Shown: one piece after another, positions 1 to 10,469 of the stretch
Numbering within the stretch: the stretch's first letter is position 1
Layout of the letters: each line of letters begins with the position of its first letter
From: an uncultured Methylomirabilota bacterium
GTDB lineage: Bacteria; Methylomirabilota; Methylomirabilia; Methylomirabilales; 2-02-FULL-66-22
Length of the DNA: 64,000 nucleotides
Direction of reading: 5' to 3'
Assembly (NCBI GenBank): GCA_963845565.1
Contig: CAWJSJ010000002.1
Coordinates: forward strand, 2,112,001 to 2,176,000
Notes under the pieces: model-generated
The model's input: only the letters and a program-made list of their open reading frames with translations
Told to the model about the DNA's origin: nothing
The model's database searches: none
Position numbers and translations under genes: made by a program

Positions 1-254
1 ACGAAGAGATCTTGCGCCGTTTCCTCGCCTCGCCTCGGGCCCGCGCCTTCGCGGTGGACGAGGAGACAGCCGACCGGTACGCGGTGATTCACAACTATCT
101 ACGGAAGCAGGGGAAGCCGGTGCCGAGCAACGACCTGTGGATCGCGGCGACGGCTTCGCAGCACGGTCTGCGTCTCCTCACGCTGGATGGGCATTTTCTT
201 CAGATCCCTCAGGTGATCGTGAGCTTTTTTGAGCCGGTATCGTCCACCCGGTAG
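1..254 (+). CDS. vapC: PIN-domain (VapC-like) toxin/ribonuclease, 5' truncated by window
   Basis: C-terminal PIN motif 'P-SNDLWIAATA..HGL.LLTLDGHF'. Confidence 0.85.
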   Translation, partial: EEILRRFLASPRARAFAVDEETADRYAVIHNYLRKQGKPVPSNDLWIAATASQHGLRLLTLDGHFLQIPQVIVSFFEPVSSTR

Positions 255-400
255 GCCGACCATGCCCCAGCGCCACTGAGGCATCGTCTCCTGAACACGT
301 TCCAACGTGGGCGCGCCTCTTGTCCCAGGGCGCTCTCGTGTGCAGCCCCAAACGGCTCTCGCGCGCCTCGCGCCAGGAAACGTCTTGTAGGAGTTGAGCC

Positions 401-1747
401 ATGTCCGACCTCGCCTCTCGCCTTACCCAGATTGTCGGGTCCATTCGCCTCGTGGATACCCACGAGCACCTGTTGTCCGAAGAGGAGCGGAACCGCGCGG
501 CGCATGACTTCGGGTACCTCTTCCCGCACTATGCGTCGAGCGATCTGGTGTCCTCGGGCATGCCGCCGGCTCTCCTCGAGGCCGTGCGGGGCGCGGCCCG
601 GCCGGTGCTGATGGAACGCATGGCGCGGATCGGCTGGATCCGCAAGCCGCCACCGTTCGTCGCACCCACCAGGGCGGATCTCTCGCTGGAAGAGCGCTGG
701 GCGGCACTGGCGCCGTACTGGGATCGGATCCGTCACACCGGCTATGGGACGTGTCTGCGCATCGCCATCCGCGACCTTTTCGGCGTGGCGGAACTGAACG
801 GGCAGACGTACGCGCAGCTTTCCGACGCCATCGCGAAGTCTCGCCGCGCGGGCTGGTACCGGCACGTCCTGAGAGAGAAAGCCGGAATCGCCGTGAGCAT
901 CCAGGACGACTTCCGGACGGCTGTGGATCAGGAGTTGTTCGCGCCGGTGGTGCGAATGGAGCACTTCGCGTGCGCCACGACGCGCGGCGATCTCCGGAAT
1001 ATCGAGTCCGACACGGACCGTACCGTCCACTCCCTGGACGACCTGATTCAGGCCATGCACGCCGCACTGGACCGCGACCTGGCCGCCGGGGCGGTCGGCG
1101 TCAAGATCGGGATCGCCTATCGCCGCACCATCCGCTTTGAAAAGACCCCGCGCGCCGATGCCGAGCGGGTGTTCGCCCGGCTCTTCGGTCATCTGGGCGA
1201 GGGGCCCTCCTGGGAAGAGGCTCGCCCCCTGCAGGACTACATGTTCCACGAAATCGTCCGGGCTGCCGTCGAGCGCAACGCGCCGGTCCAGATCCACACC
1301 GGCCTCCAGGAGGGAAACGGCAACGTTCTGGAGAACTCGAACCCGCTGCTCTTGACCAATCTCTGTCTCGAGTACCCACAGGCAAAGTTCGACCTGTTTC
1401 ACGGCGGCTACCCGTTCATGGGGGAGGCGCTGGCGCTGGCCAAGAACTTCAGCAACGTGTTCTTGGATCTGTGCTGGCTGTACATCATTTCCCCCTCGGC
1501 AGGCGCGCGCATGCTGCACGAGGCGATCGAGACCGTCCCCGCCAACAAGATCTTTGCCTTCGGCGGAGACTTCATCATTCCCGAGGGCAGCTACGGGCAC
1601 AGCGTCATGGCGCGACGGACGGTCAGCCGCGTGCTGACGGAAAAGGTCGAGGACGGCTACCTCTCGGAGGATGAGGCTGCGGCGTTGGCGCGGCGGATCC
1701 TGCGTGACAACCCGGCGGCACTGTACAAGCTTCGGTTGGATGGATAG
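401..1747 (+). CDS. amidohydrolase-superfamily protein (TIM barrel, uronate isomerase-like)
   Basis: DTHEH metal motif, QIHTG, FHGGYP, FGGD; GGAG RBS. Confidence 0.85.
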   Translation: MSDLASRLTQIVGSIRLVDTHEHLLSEEERNRAAHDFGYLFPHYASSDLVSSGMPPALLEAVRGAARPVLMERMARIGWIRKPPPFVAPTRADLSLEERWAALAPYWDRIRHTGYGTCLRIAIRDLFGVAELNGQTYAQLSDAIAKSRRAGWYRHVLREKAGIAVSIQDDFRTAVDQELFAPVVRMEHFACATTRGDLRNIESDTDRTVHSLDDLIQAMHAALDRDLAAGAVGVKIGIAYRRTIRFEKTPRADAERVFARLFGHLGEGPSWEEARPLQDYMFHEIVRAAVERNAPVQIHTGLQEGNGNVLENSNPLLLTNLCLEYPQAKFDLFHGGYPFMGEALALAKNFSNVFLDLCWLYIISPSAGARMLHEAIETVPANKIFAFGGDFIIPEGSYGHSVMARRTVSRVLTEKVEDGYLSEDEAAALARRILRDNPAALYKLRLDG

Positions 1748-1758
1748 GGGGTGCTTTC

Positions 1759-3066
1759 ATGGACGCTGACATCATCAGGACGGCGCAGGCCCTGAAGGGG
1801 AAGGCGATCGCCCGGCGGCGCGATTTCCACAAGCACGCCGAGGCCGCCTGGACCGAGTTCCGGACGGCCTCGATCGTGGCGACGGAGTTGGCGGCGTTGG
1901 GGTACCGGGTGCTCGCGGGGGCGGAGGTGGTGGAGGCGAGCGCGATGATGGGCGTCCCGCCGGCGGCTGAACTGGAGCAGCACCGCCAGCGGGCCCTCGC
2001 CCAGGGGGCGGACCCCGTCTGGGTTGAGAAGATGCGCGGCGGGAAAACGGGGGTGGTGGGGATGATGACGTTCGGGCGGCCGGGGCCCACAGTGGCGCTG
2101 CGCGTGGACATGGACGCCAACGACCTCGGGGAGGCGACGGAAGAGAAACACCGGCCCTTCCGCGAGGGATTCGCGTCGGTGAACGCCGGCGCGATGCATG
2201 CCTGCGCCCACGACGGACACACGGCCATCGGCTTGGGAGTGGCGGAGGTCCTGGCAGGACTCAGGGACCGGCTGGCGGGGACGATCAAGTTGATCTTCCA
2301 ACCGGCCGAGGAGGGCGTCCGGGGGGCCAAGGCCATGGTTGCCAGGGGTGTGGTGGACGACGTGAAGTATATCGTGGGGTCCCACCTGGGGGTCAATCTC
2401 CGGAAGACCGGTCAAGTGGCCTGTCGGACGGAAGGGTTTCTGGCGACGACCAAGCTGGACGCCATCTTCACGGGTGTGCCGGCCCACGCAGGAGGGTCGC
2501 CCGAGACCGGGCGTAACGCCATCCTGGCGGCGGCCACGGCCACGCTGAACCTGCACGCCATCTCTCGTCACAGCAAGGGCGCCTCGCGTGTCAACGTCGG
2601 CGTTTTCCAGGGTGGGACCGGGCGCAACGTCATCCCGGCCAAGGCGGTCATCAAGGTGGAGACGCGCGGCGCCACGACCGAGATCAACGAGTATGTATAC
2701 GGCGAGGCGGTGCGGATCATCGAGGCGGCCGCGGCGATGCACGGCGTGAAGGCGGAGATCCAGCTCATGGGGGGCGCCGCCGGCTGCGACAATGATCCGG
2801 CGCTGGTGGCCCGGATCGAGCAGGTGGCGAAGCGGCAGGCGCTGTTCCCCGAGATCGTGTCCGCGGGCAACATCGGCGGCAGCGAGGATTGCACCTACTT
2901 CATGGAGCGGGTGCAGAAGAACGGCGGGCAGGCGGCGTTCGTGATCTTCGGCACGGAGCTGGCGGCGGGGCATCACGATAGCTTCTTCGACATCAACGAG
3001 GATGCGCTGGTCCCCGGCATCGCGCTGCTCTCGGGCGTTGCCGCGGAGCTGCTGACCAACGGGTAG
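1759..3066 (+). CDS. M20 family amidohydrolase, AbgA-like
   Basis: RRDFHKHAE, LRVDMDA, MHACAHDGH, FQPAEEG, GSED motifs. Confidence 0.9.
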   Translation: MDADIIRTAQALKGKAIARRRDFHKHAEAAWTEFRTASIVATELAALGYRVLAGAEVVEASAMMGVPPAAELEQHRQRALAQGADPVWVEKMRGGKTGVVGMMTFGRPGPTVALRVDMDANDLGEATEEKHRPFREGFASVNAGAMHACAHDGHTAIGLGVAEVLAGLRDRLAGTIKLIFQPAEEGVRGAKAMVARGVVDDVKYIVGSHLGVNLRKTGQVACRTEGFLATTKLDAIFTGVPAHAGGSPETGRNAILAAATATLNLHAISRHSKGASRVNVGVFQGGTGRNVIPAKAVIKVETRGATTEINEYVYGEAVRIIEAAAAMHGVKAEIQLMGGAAGCDNDPALVARIEQVAKRQALFPEIVSAGNIGGSEDCTYFMERVQKNGGQAAFVIFGTELAAGHHDSFFDINEDALVPGIALLSGVAAELLTNG

Positions 3067-3195
3067 GGCTGGGACGCACGTCCACAGGGCGCGGGGCGCA
3101 CCGACAATAGCCACAAGAGGCACAGGACGCACAGAGGGGGTACGGGAACTCTGGGGGTTCCGCCTTCTGCGTTCTTCTACGGGGAGGATTGGCGG

Positions 3196-3642
3196 ATGAC
3201 GATGCGAGTTGACGAGGCGGTGACGAAATTCCGAAACGGGTGCAACTGCTCGCAGGCGATCCTGTCCACGTACGGCAAGACCTTCGGTCTGGACGAAGCG
3301 CTGGCCAATCGCCTGGCGTGCGGCTTCGGCGGCGGGATGCGCCGGGCGGATGTCTGCGGGGCAGTCACCGGGGCCCTGATGGTGCTCGGGCTGCGTCACG
3401 GTCCGACAAGCTGCCCCGGACAGCCGCAGAAGAACGAGACATATGCAGCGGTGCAGGCTTTCCACGAGCGATTTGCGGAGCGGCAGCGAACGGTGATGTG
3501 CCGGGACCTGCTCGGCTGTGATGTCACGACCCCCGAGGGACTGCAAAAGGCGCAGGCGGAACAGTTATTCAAGACGATTTGCCCCGAGGCGGTCAAGGTG
3601 GCTGCTGAGATCTTGGAGGAGATGCTGAGCCTCCCGGCGTGA
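3196..3642 (+). CDS. C_GCAxxG_C_C family putative redox protein
   Basis: NCSQA...GFGGG...CGAVTG...CRDL...C pattern. Confidence 0.9.
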   Translation: MTMRVDEAVTKFRNGCNCSQAILSTYGKTFGLDEALANRLACGFGGGMRRADVCGAVTGALMVLGLRHGPTSCPGQPQKNETYAAVQAFHERFAERQRTVMCRDLLGCDVTTPEGLQKAQAEQLFKTICPEAVKVAAEILEEMLSLPA

Positions 3643-3644
3643 GA

Positions 3645-3805
3645 CGCGGCAGCGGGCAGACGGACGGGTGGCGATTGGTCGATTGGCCAGTTGGTCAATT
3701 CGGGAAGGAATGGAGCGCAGCCGGCAGCCGGCAGGCGGCAGCGAACAGAACGCAGGGCAAAGCGCCAAGGGCCGAACGCTATGCGCTAGGCGCCTTGCGC
3801 TTCGC
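3645..3805. repeat. patches of degenerate 7-8 bp tandem repeats
   Basis: gattggtc/gattggcc/agttggtc; gcagccg x2 + gcaggcg; ctatgcg/ctaggcg/ccttgcg. Confidence 0.55.
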
Positions 3806-3831
3806 ACTGGGGTGAGAGAGGTGGAGGACCG

Positions 3832-4137
3832 ATGAAAGCCATTGTTGATCTGTGCGTCGTTCCGCTGGGTGTGGGTGTATCCGTATCCCAATATGTCGTG
3901 GCCTGCGAGCGCATTCTGAAAGAGGCTGGACTCCAGACCCACCTGCATGCCTATGGCACCAACATCGAAGGCGAGTGGGACACGGTGTTCGCCGCGATCA
4001 AGACGTGTCACGAGACGGTGCACGCCATGGGCGCTCCCCGCATCTCCACGGTGATCAAGCTTGGCACACGGACCGACCGGGATCAGACCATGGACGACAA
4101 GGTCCGGAGCGTGGAGGCTAAATTGAATACACGGTAG
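3832..4137 (+). CDS. MTH1187/YkoF family thiamine-binding protein
   Basis: SVSQYV, HAYGTNIEGEWD, GAPRIST..K.GTRTD; GGAGG RBS. Confidence 0.9.
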   Translation: MKAIVDLCVVPLGVGVSVSQYVVACERILKEAGLQTHLHAYGTNIEGEWDTVFAAIKTCHETVHAMGAPRISTVIKLGTRTDRDQTMDDKVRSVEAKLNTR

Positions 4138-4378
4138 GACGCCGTGTCGGACCGTTTCGCGGGCGGCAATCGGCGAGCTACGCCTCTGTCACAACGGGGT
4201 TGCGCAGGACGCCAATTGCGTCTTGCTCCAGGCCCCCTGCGGCAGCGCGACGACGTCGCTCTCGAAATGGAACTCGGTCATGTCTACCCCTCGCGACACT
4301 ACCTTCGGTCCAGTCCTGTCGTCGGCCGATCCAATCCGGTAGTCTTGGATTGTGATGCTGTAGAGCTCATTCCTGCCC

Positions 4379-4542
4379 AGGCTGCCCAAAAGGGCCCAGG
4401 TGCAAGGCGGCTAGCCGACGGCGGGGTACCCCCAGCGCAGCTGGGTCTAGGCGTACTGGAGGTACGCCGCAGCGAGTGCCGAGGCCGGCGGGGAACCTAT
4501 CCGCAGGATGGGTCACCGCAGATGGGCCCTTTTCAGCAGCCT
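4379..4542 (-). mobile_element. MITE-like repeat family B, copy 1
   Basis: terminal inverted repeat AGGCTGC..AAAAGG / CCTTTT..GCAGCCT; internal CACTCGCTGCGGCGTAC (on minus strand) shared with copies at 6979 and 11494. Confidence 0.75.
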
Positions 4543-5612
4543 GCCACCTTCACCGCTTGGGCTTGCGCCTTGAGGGCAAGTTCGATGGCCAGGAATGTCT
4601 GCCGCTGGGACATGGCCTCTTCCGTTCGGTGCAGGCAGTCCAGGATGAGTTGGCCAAAATAGGGGAACCCGATGGTGCCGTGTACGGGAAGATGGTGTTC
4701 GCCCTGGTGATCGACGAGGTAGATGTGATCACCGGTCGCATCACGGGCGACATCGAGATACTTCCGGAGCTCGATGTATCCGTCGGTGCCCAAGATCATC
4801 GTGCGGCCGTCGCCCCAGGCGCCGAGTCCGGCGGGCGTGAACCAATCCACGCGAAAATACCCAGTCGCACCGTTGTCGGCCACCAGCGTGGCGTCGCCAA
4901 AGTCCTGGAAATCTGGGTGATTCCGGTTGTGGTAGTTGCCGACCATGCTATGGAGAACGCGCGCGTCGTTCGCGCCCGCGTAGTGGAGAAACTGCTCGAT
5001 TTGGTGGCAGCCGATATCCACCAGGATGCCGCCGTACTGCGCGGGATCCCAAAACCACGGCGGCCGAGTCGGTGCGTTGAGGCGATGCGGCCCCAGGCCG
5101 ATCACCTGGACCACCCGCCCGATGGCCCCCTGGTGAATCAAGTCACCGGCCTTGACCGCGGCCTCGACGTGCACCCGCTCGGAGTAGTAGGCAGCGTAAA
5201 TCCGGCGCGTCTCGGCGACCTTCTTCCGGGCGGCGTCGAGTTGGTCCAAGGAACTCAGCGGCGGCTTGTCGGCGAAATAGTCCTTTCCGTGATCCATGAC
5301 CCGAAGGCCCAGCGGACCGCGTTCGCACGGAATGGCGGCACTGGCGATCAAGCGAACGCTGGGATCTTCGAGGACCTCCGCCTCGGCGCGAGCCGCGTTC
5401 ACGCCGGGATAGGTGGCGCAGAACGACGCGATCCTCTGCGGGTCGGAGTCGACCACCCACGCCAGCTCGCCGCCCGCCTCGATGAGGCCGTTGCACATCC
5501 CGTAGATGTGGCCGTGGTCGAGACCCACGGCCGCGAAACGGAATTCACCTGGCCGGCACACCGCGTTCGCCTTGCCTCGCGGCGCGTAATTCATCCCGTC
5601 CGCTTTTTGCAT
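4533..5612 (-). CDS. Gfo/Idh/MocA family oxidoreductase
   Basis: GLDHGHI, DKP, GGILVDIGCHQIEQF; likely start MQKADGMNYAP; stop lies inside the MITE end. Confidence 0.9.
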   Translation of the reverse strand: MQKADGMNYAPRGKANAVCRPGEFRFAAVGLDHGHIYGMCNGLIEAGGELAWVVDSDPQRIASFCATYPGVNAARAEAEVLEDPSVRLIASAAIPCERGPLGLRVMDHGKDYFADKPPLSSLDQLDAARKKVAETRRIYAAYYSERVHVEAAVKAGDLIHQGAIGRVVQVIGLGPHRLNAPTRPPWFWDPAQYGGILVDIGCHQIEQFLHYAGANDARVLHSMVGNYHNRNHPDFQDFGDATLVADNGATGYFRVDWFTPAGLGAWGDGRTMILGTDGYIELRKYLDVARDATGDHIYLVDHQGEHHLPVHGTIGFPYFGQLILDCLHRTEEAMSQRQTFLAIELALKAQAQAVKVAGC

Positions 5613-5915
5613 CGCGTACCTCTTGCGATTACCTGCCGACGTTTCGGCCCCGTGTGATGTCGTTGTCCCTGACGCTCTTCGCGTTGCGGGTCGTTTCGTG
5701 AAAATGCCGCGCATTTCCGAGGACGCCTTCGCGCGTATTGCACATGGCGGCGCAGCTTGGCGCACCCCGCCGGCAACTGTCAAGCGGAATCGCCGAGATA
5801 TTCGGCCTGTCGAGGGGTGTCGTGCGTCACGGTGCGTGCTGCTCGGCGGGCCCCGCGCGTCCCCGGGGGGCGCAAAGGGTCGGGTGGCGCGGGCGGCGCT
5901 GCCGAGACGTTTGCG

Positions 5916-5945
5916 TTGACACCTTTTCGCGGCGGGCAGTATACT
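5916..5945 (+). promoter_or_regulatory. sigma70-type promoter of glpX
   Basis: TTGACA-N18-TATACT. Confidence 0.65.
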
Positions 5946-6020
5946 GCGTCGCGCTTCGGGGGCGACGACGGCTGTGCTCCTGTTTCGCACCAGCGGGCAC
6001 GGGCCGCGCAAGGAGGGACC

Positions 6021-6977
6021 GTGGAACGGAATCTCGCGCTTGAAGTGGTCCGCGTCACCGAGGCGGCGGCCCTGTCGTCGGCCCGCTGGATGGGCCTGGG
6101 CAACGGGAAGGCCGCGGAACAGGCCGCGGTGGACGCCATGCGGCGGGGTTTCGACGCCGTCTCCTTCTGTGGCCGAGTGGTGATCGGTCAGGGCGAGCGG
6201 GACGAAGCGCCGATGCTCTTCATCGGCGAGCGGATCGGCGGCGGCGACGGGCCGGAGTTGGATGTCGCGCTTGGCCCCCTGGAGGGCTCGAACATCGTGG
6301 CGCAAGGGCGCGCCAACGCCCTGTCCGTAGTGGCGATCACCGAACAGGGTGGCCTGTTCCGGGCGCCGGATATCTACATGGAGAAGATCGCCGTCGGCCC
6401 CCGGGCCAAGGGGGCCGTGGACCTGAGCCTGACGCCCGCGCAGAATCTGGAGAGTATCGCCGGCGCCATGAAGTGTTACGTGGAGGATCTGACCGTCGTG
6501 ATCCTGGACCGGCCGGCCCACGCGGACCTGATTCGGTCTGTCCGCGAGGCGGGGGCGCGCATCAAGCTGATCCAGGATGGTGACGTGTCCGCCGCCATCG
6601 CTACGGCCTTTCCGGAGACGGGGGTCGATGTCCTGATGGGTGTGGGCGGGGCTCCCGAAGGCGTTCTGGCGGCTGCGGCGCTCCAGTGCTTGGGCGGGGA
6701 TATGCAGGGACGCCTGCGACCGCGGAACGACCAGGAGATCGAGCGGGCCCGCCGCGCCGGTATCAAGGAGATGGATCGGATCTACCGGATCGGCGACCTG
6801 GCGTCGGGCAACGAGCTGATGTTTGCGGCCACCGGGGCCACCGACGGCGACCTGTTGCGAGGGGTCCGGTTTTTCGGGGGTGGGGCGCGCACCCATTCGG
6901 TGGTGATCCGGCGCCGGTCCGGGACGACGCGGTTTATCGAGGCGACGCATCGGTTCGACCGCCGCCCAGTCTACTAA
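6021..6977 (+). CDS. glpX: class II fructose-1,6-bisphosphatase
   Basis: VRVTEAAA, GERDEAPML, PDIYMEK, DGDV, GGAPEGV; GTG start after AGGAGG. Confidence 0.93.
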   Translation: MERNLALEVVRVTEAAALSSARWMGLGNGKAAEQAAVDAMRRGFDAVSFCGRVVIGQGERDEAPMLFIGERIGGGDGPELDVALGPLEGSNIVAQGRANALSVVAITEQGGLFRAPDIYMEKIAVGPRAKGAVDLSLTPAQNLESIAGAMKCYVEDLTVVILDRPAHADLIRSVREAGARIKLIQDGDVSAAIATAFPETGVDVLMGVGGAPEGVLAAAALQCLGGDMQGRLRPRNDQEIERARRAGIKEMDRIYRIGDLASGNELMFAATGATDGDLLRGVRFFGGGARTHSVVIRRRSGTTRFIEATHRFDRRPVY

Positions 6978-6978
6978 A

Positions 6979-7100
6979 AGGCTGCTGAAAAAGGCCCATC
7001 TACGGCGTTGGCGCGCTCGGGCGCTCGCTGCGGCGTACCCCAGTACGCCTCACTCGGCCCATCGCTTGCCGCCTTGTAGCTGGACCTTTTTGAGCAGCCT
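6979..7100 (+). mobile_element. MITE-like repeat family B, copy 2
   Basis: AGGCTGCTGAAAAAGG ... CCTTTTTGAGCAGCCT. Confidence 0.75.
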
Positions 7101-7240
7101 GGGTCTAAGTGGAGTCTTCGGCATCGTCCGAAAGAGCATCGAGAAAACTCTGGCGTAAGTAGGTGCCACGCAAGCGAGAAGAACGAGAACACGGTCGCGC
7201 TGCATCGCTGACTGCTGAACGCTGAACGCTCGCAACCGAG

Positions 7241-8518
7241 GTGAACGTGATCAAGGGCATTCGAGGGGCTCCGGACATTCTTCCCGACGAGACGGGGAAA
7301 TGGCAGGCGCTCGAGACGGTGGCGCGTGACGTGCTGGATCGGTACGGCTATGCCGAGATTCGCACCCCCATCTTCGAGCGGACCGAGTTGTTCGTCCGCG
7401 GGATCGGTGAGGCAACCGATATCGTCGAGAAGGAGATGTACACCTTCGAGGACCGCGGGGGCGAAAGCCTGACGCTGCGTCCCGAAGCCACCGCCTCGCT
7501 GATGCGGTCGTTCGCAGAGCACAACCTGGCCGCCAAGAGCAGCCTGGTGAAGCTGTACCTGATCGGCCCGATGTTCCGGCACGAGCGGCCCCAGTCGGGT
7601 CGCTTCCGACAGTTCCACCAGGTGGACGTGGAAGCGATCGGCTCGCCGGGCCCTGCCGTGGATGCGGAGGTCGTGGCGCTGCTCCACCATCTGCTGGAGG
7701 CATGGGGTCTGCGCGGCGTGGAACTGCACGTGAACAGCATCGGGGACCCGGCCTGCCGCCCGCGATACCGCGACGCGTTCCTGGCGTACCTCGGGGGGCA
7801 TCGGGACGCGCTGTGCCCCGACTGCCATGTCCGGATGACGAAGAACCCGCTGCGTGTCCTGGACTGCAAGCAGCCGGCCTGCCGGGCGGTCGCCGCCACG
7901 GCGCCGACGCTCTCCGGGTATCTGTGTGACGCGTGCCGGGACCACTTCGCCGAGGTGCGTAGTCTGCTGGACGGCTTGAAGATCGGATACGAGGTGGATG
8001 AGCGGTTGGTGCGCGGGCTGGATTATTACACCCGCACGACCTTCGAGTTCCTGAACCCGGCGCTGGGATCGCAGAACGCGGTGGCCGGCGGAGGCCGCTA
8101 CGACGGCCTGGTCGAGGAGTTGGGCGGACCGCCCACGCCGTCCATCGGATTCGCCATCGGCGAGGAGCGGATCCTCACCTCTCTGGCCGCCCAAGCCGAA
8201 GCGGCCGAGACCCCCCCCATCACCGGAGTGTATGTGGCGACGGCGGGGCCGGTGGATCTGCGGGTGGCCATGGAGCTGACTCAGACGTTGCGGCGGAAGG
8301 GGCTGCGGTCAGCGCTGGACCTGGAGAGGCGCAGCCTGAAAGGGCAGATGCGGCAGGCGAACAAGGACCGGTTCCGGTACTCGCTGATCCTGGGGGCCGA
8401 TGAACTGGCGCGGGGGCAGGTCACGCTGAAGGACATGGTCGGTGGGGCGCAGCACGAGATTCCGCTTGCCGAAGCGGCCGATCGGTTGACGCACTTGCCG
8501 GAACGGGAGATCGTATAG
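7241..8518 (+). CDS. hisS: histidine--tRNA ligase
   Basis: KEMYTF, LRPEATA, ERPQSGRFRQFHQ, LVRGLDYY, GGGRYDGL. Confidence 0.98.
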   Translation: MNVIKGIRGAPDILPDETGKWQALETVARDVLDRYGYAEIRTPIFERTELFVRGIGEATDIVEKEMYTFEDRGGESLTLRPEATASLMRSFAEHNLAAKSSLVKLYLIGPMFRHERPQSGRFRQFHQVDVEAIGSPGPAVDAEVVALLHHLLEAWGLRGVELHVNSIGDPACRPRYRDAFLAYLGGHRDALCPDCHVRMTKNPLRVLDCKQPACRAVAATAPTLSGYLCDACRDHFAEVRSLLDGLKIGYEVDERLVRGLDYYTRTTFEFLNPALGSQNAVAGGGRYDGLVEELGGPPTPSIGFAIGEERILTSLAAQAEAAETPPITGVYVATAGPVDLRVAMELTQTLRRKGLRSALDLERRSLKGQMRQANKDRFRYSLILGADELARGQVTLKDMVGGAQHEIPLAEAADRLTHLPEREIV

Positions 8519-10288
8519 ATGAAGGGCTGGGAGCGGAGTGTCTACTGCGGCCAGGTCCAGGCCGCCCAGGTGGGAAAGACGGTCACCCTCAACGGCTGGG
8601 TGGATCGCCGGCGGGATCTTGGCGGATTGATCTTCGTCCACCTGCGGGATCGCGAAGGCATCGTGCAAGTGGTCTTCAACCCGGAGCAGTTTCCCGATGC
8701 GCACCGCTGCGCCGAGGAGATGCGGTCCGAGTATGTGGTGGCCGTCCGGGGCGAGGTCCGCCCGCGACCCGCCGAGAGCGTCAATGCCGACTTGCGCACC
8801 GGCGCGATCGAGGTGCTGGCGCACGCGGCGATCATCCTGAACGACGCCAAGACGCCCGTGTTCGCCATCGCGGACGAGACCGACGTGGCCGAGGACATTC
8901 GGCTGGCCTACCGCTACCTGGACTTGCGGCGTGCGCCGCTCCAGCGAAATCTGCGCCTGCGGCACCGATTCTACCAGACGACGCGGCGGTATCTGGACGG
9001 TCAAGGTTTCGTGGAGGTGGAGACGCCCGTGCTCACCAAGAGCACGCCGGAGGGCGCGCGGGACTACCTGGTTCCCAGCCGGGTGAATCCGGGAGAATTT
9101 TTCGCACTCCCGCAGTCCCCGCAGCTCTTCAAGCAACTCCTCATGGTGGCGGGGTTCGACCGGTACTACCAGATCGTCAAGTGCTTTCGGGACGAGGATC
9201 TCCGCGCCGACCGGCAGCCGGAGTTCACGCAGATCGACGTCGAGATGTCGTTCGTGGACCGCGACGCGGTCCTGGCGCCGATGGAGGGGCTGGTCGTCGA
9301 GCTGTTCCGCGAGGTGCGGGGGATTGAGCTGCCCCGGCCGTTCCCGCGCATCACGTTCGACGACGCGATCCGGCGGTTTGGTCTGGATGCCCCGGATATG
9401 CGCTTCGGCCTGGAGCTCCAAGATGTCGGCACGCTCTTCGCCGGGTGCGCGTTCCGGGCGTTTGCCCAACCCCTGGCGGCCGGCGGCCGCGCCATGGCCC
9501 TGAAGGTTCCCGGGCAGGGGGAGATCACCCGGAGCCAGCTCGACCTGCTCGAGACCTTCGCAAAAGGGTTCGGCGCCAAGGGGCTGGCCTGGTTCAAGAT
9601 CGGTCCGGACGGAATCACCTCGCCGGTGGCCAAGTTTCTCCCGGCGGAGCTGCTGCAACAGTTCCGCGAGCGGATGGGCGGCGAGGCAGGCGACCTGCTG
9701 CTCCTCTGCGTGGACCGGCCGAAGGTCGCCGCCGACGCCATGGGGCGCCTGCGGCTCAAGTTCGGCCACGAACTCAAGCTGATCGACCCCAAGGCGTTGG
9801 CCATCACCTGGGTGACCGAGTTCCCGCTGTATGAGTGGGACGAGAAGGAAAAGCGCTGGTCCGCCATGCACCACCCGTTCACCTCGCCGATGGACGAGGA
9901 CCTGGCGCTCTTCGACAGCGACCCCGGGAAGATCCGGGCGAAAGCGTACGATCTGGTGATCAACGGGGCCGAAGTGGGCGGCGGCAGCATTCGGATCCAC
10001 CGGCGCGAGGTCCAGAACAAGATGTTCCAGACCCTGGGCATCGGACCGGACGAGGCCAAGGCCAAGTTCGGCTTCCTGCTGGACGCGCTGGAGTACGGCA
10101 CGCCCCCGCACGGCGGGATCGCCTTCGGTCTGGACCGCCTGGTGATGATCCTGACGGGCGCCGATTCCATCCGGGACGTGGTCGCCTTCCCCAAGACACA
10201 GCGGGCCCAGGACCTCATGACCAAGGCCCCGTCGCCCGTGGACCCGGCGCAGTTGAAGGAGCTACACATCAAGGTGGATCTGGCGTAG
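8519..10288 (+). CDS. aspS: aspartate--tRNA ligase
   Basis: [53 protein letters not shown]. Confidence 0.98.
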   Translation: MKGWERSVYCGQVQAAQVGKTVTLNGWVDRRRDLGGLIFVHLRDREGIVQVVFNPEQFPDAHRCAEEMRSEYVVAVRGEVRPRPAESVNADLRTGAIEVLAHAAIILNDAKTPVFAIADETDVAEDIRLAYRYLDLRRAPLQRNLRLRHRFYQTTRRYLDGQGFVEVETPVLTKSTPEGARDYLVPSRVNPGEFFALPQSPQLFKQLLMVAGFDRYYQIVKCFRDEDLRADRQPEFTQIDVEMSFVDRDAVLAPMEGLVVELFREVRGIELPRPFPRITFDDAIRRFGLDAPDMRFGLELQDVGTLFAGCAFRAFAQPLAAGGRAMALKVPGQGEITRSQLDLLETFAKGFGAKGLAWFKIGPDGITSPVAKFLPAELLQQFRERMGGEAGDLLLLCVDRPKVAADAMGRLRLKFGHELKLIDPKALAITWVTEFPLYEWDEKEKRWSAMHHPFTSPMDEDLALFDSDPGKIRAKAYDLVINGAEVGGGSIRIHRREVQNKMFQTLGIGPDEAKAKFGFLLDALEYGTPPHGGIAFGLDRLVMILTGADSIRDVVAFPKTQRAQDLMTKAPSPVDPAQLKELHIKVDLA

Positions 10289-10328
10289 TGCCAGATTCGA
10301 GCGCGCTGTCACCGTGTGCGGTCACTTA

Positions 10329-10427
10329 GGAGCCGTTACGAAATGACCTATACATCTCTTTCTATTTCGTTACGGCTCCTTATGCCGTTTCGGAATGTCT
10401 CCGCTCAACTACTTCTTTGACAACGGC
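10329..10427 (+). mobile_element. 99-bp MITE-like repeat family A, copy 1 (TTA duplication)
   Basis: GGAGCCGTTACGAAAT...GACAACGGC flanked by TTA on both sides; four copies in window. Confidence 0.85.
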
Positions 10428-10469
10428 TTACGATCCGGTCAGAACGAGCAGGCTAGGGAGGACGCTCGC

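Noticed and set aside
5613..6950. 805-aa ORF 4533..6950 as a single protein
   Set aside because: The N-terminal part is antisense to glpX; only 4533-5612 resembles a real protein.
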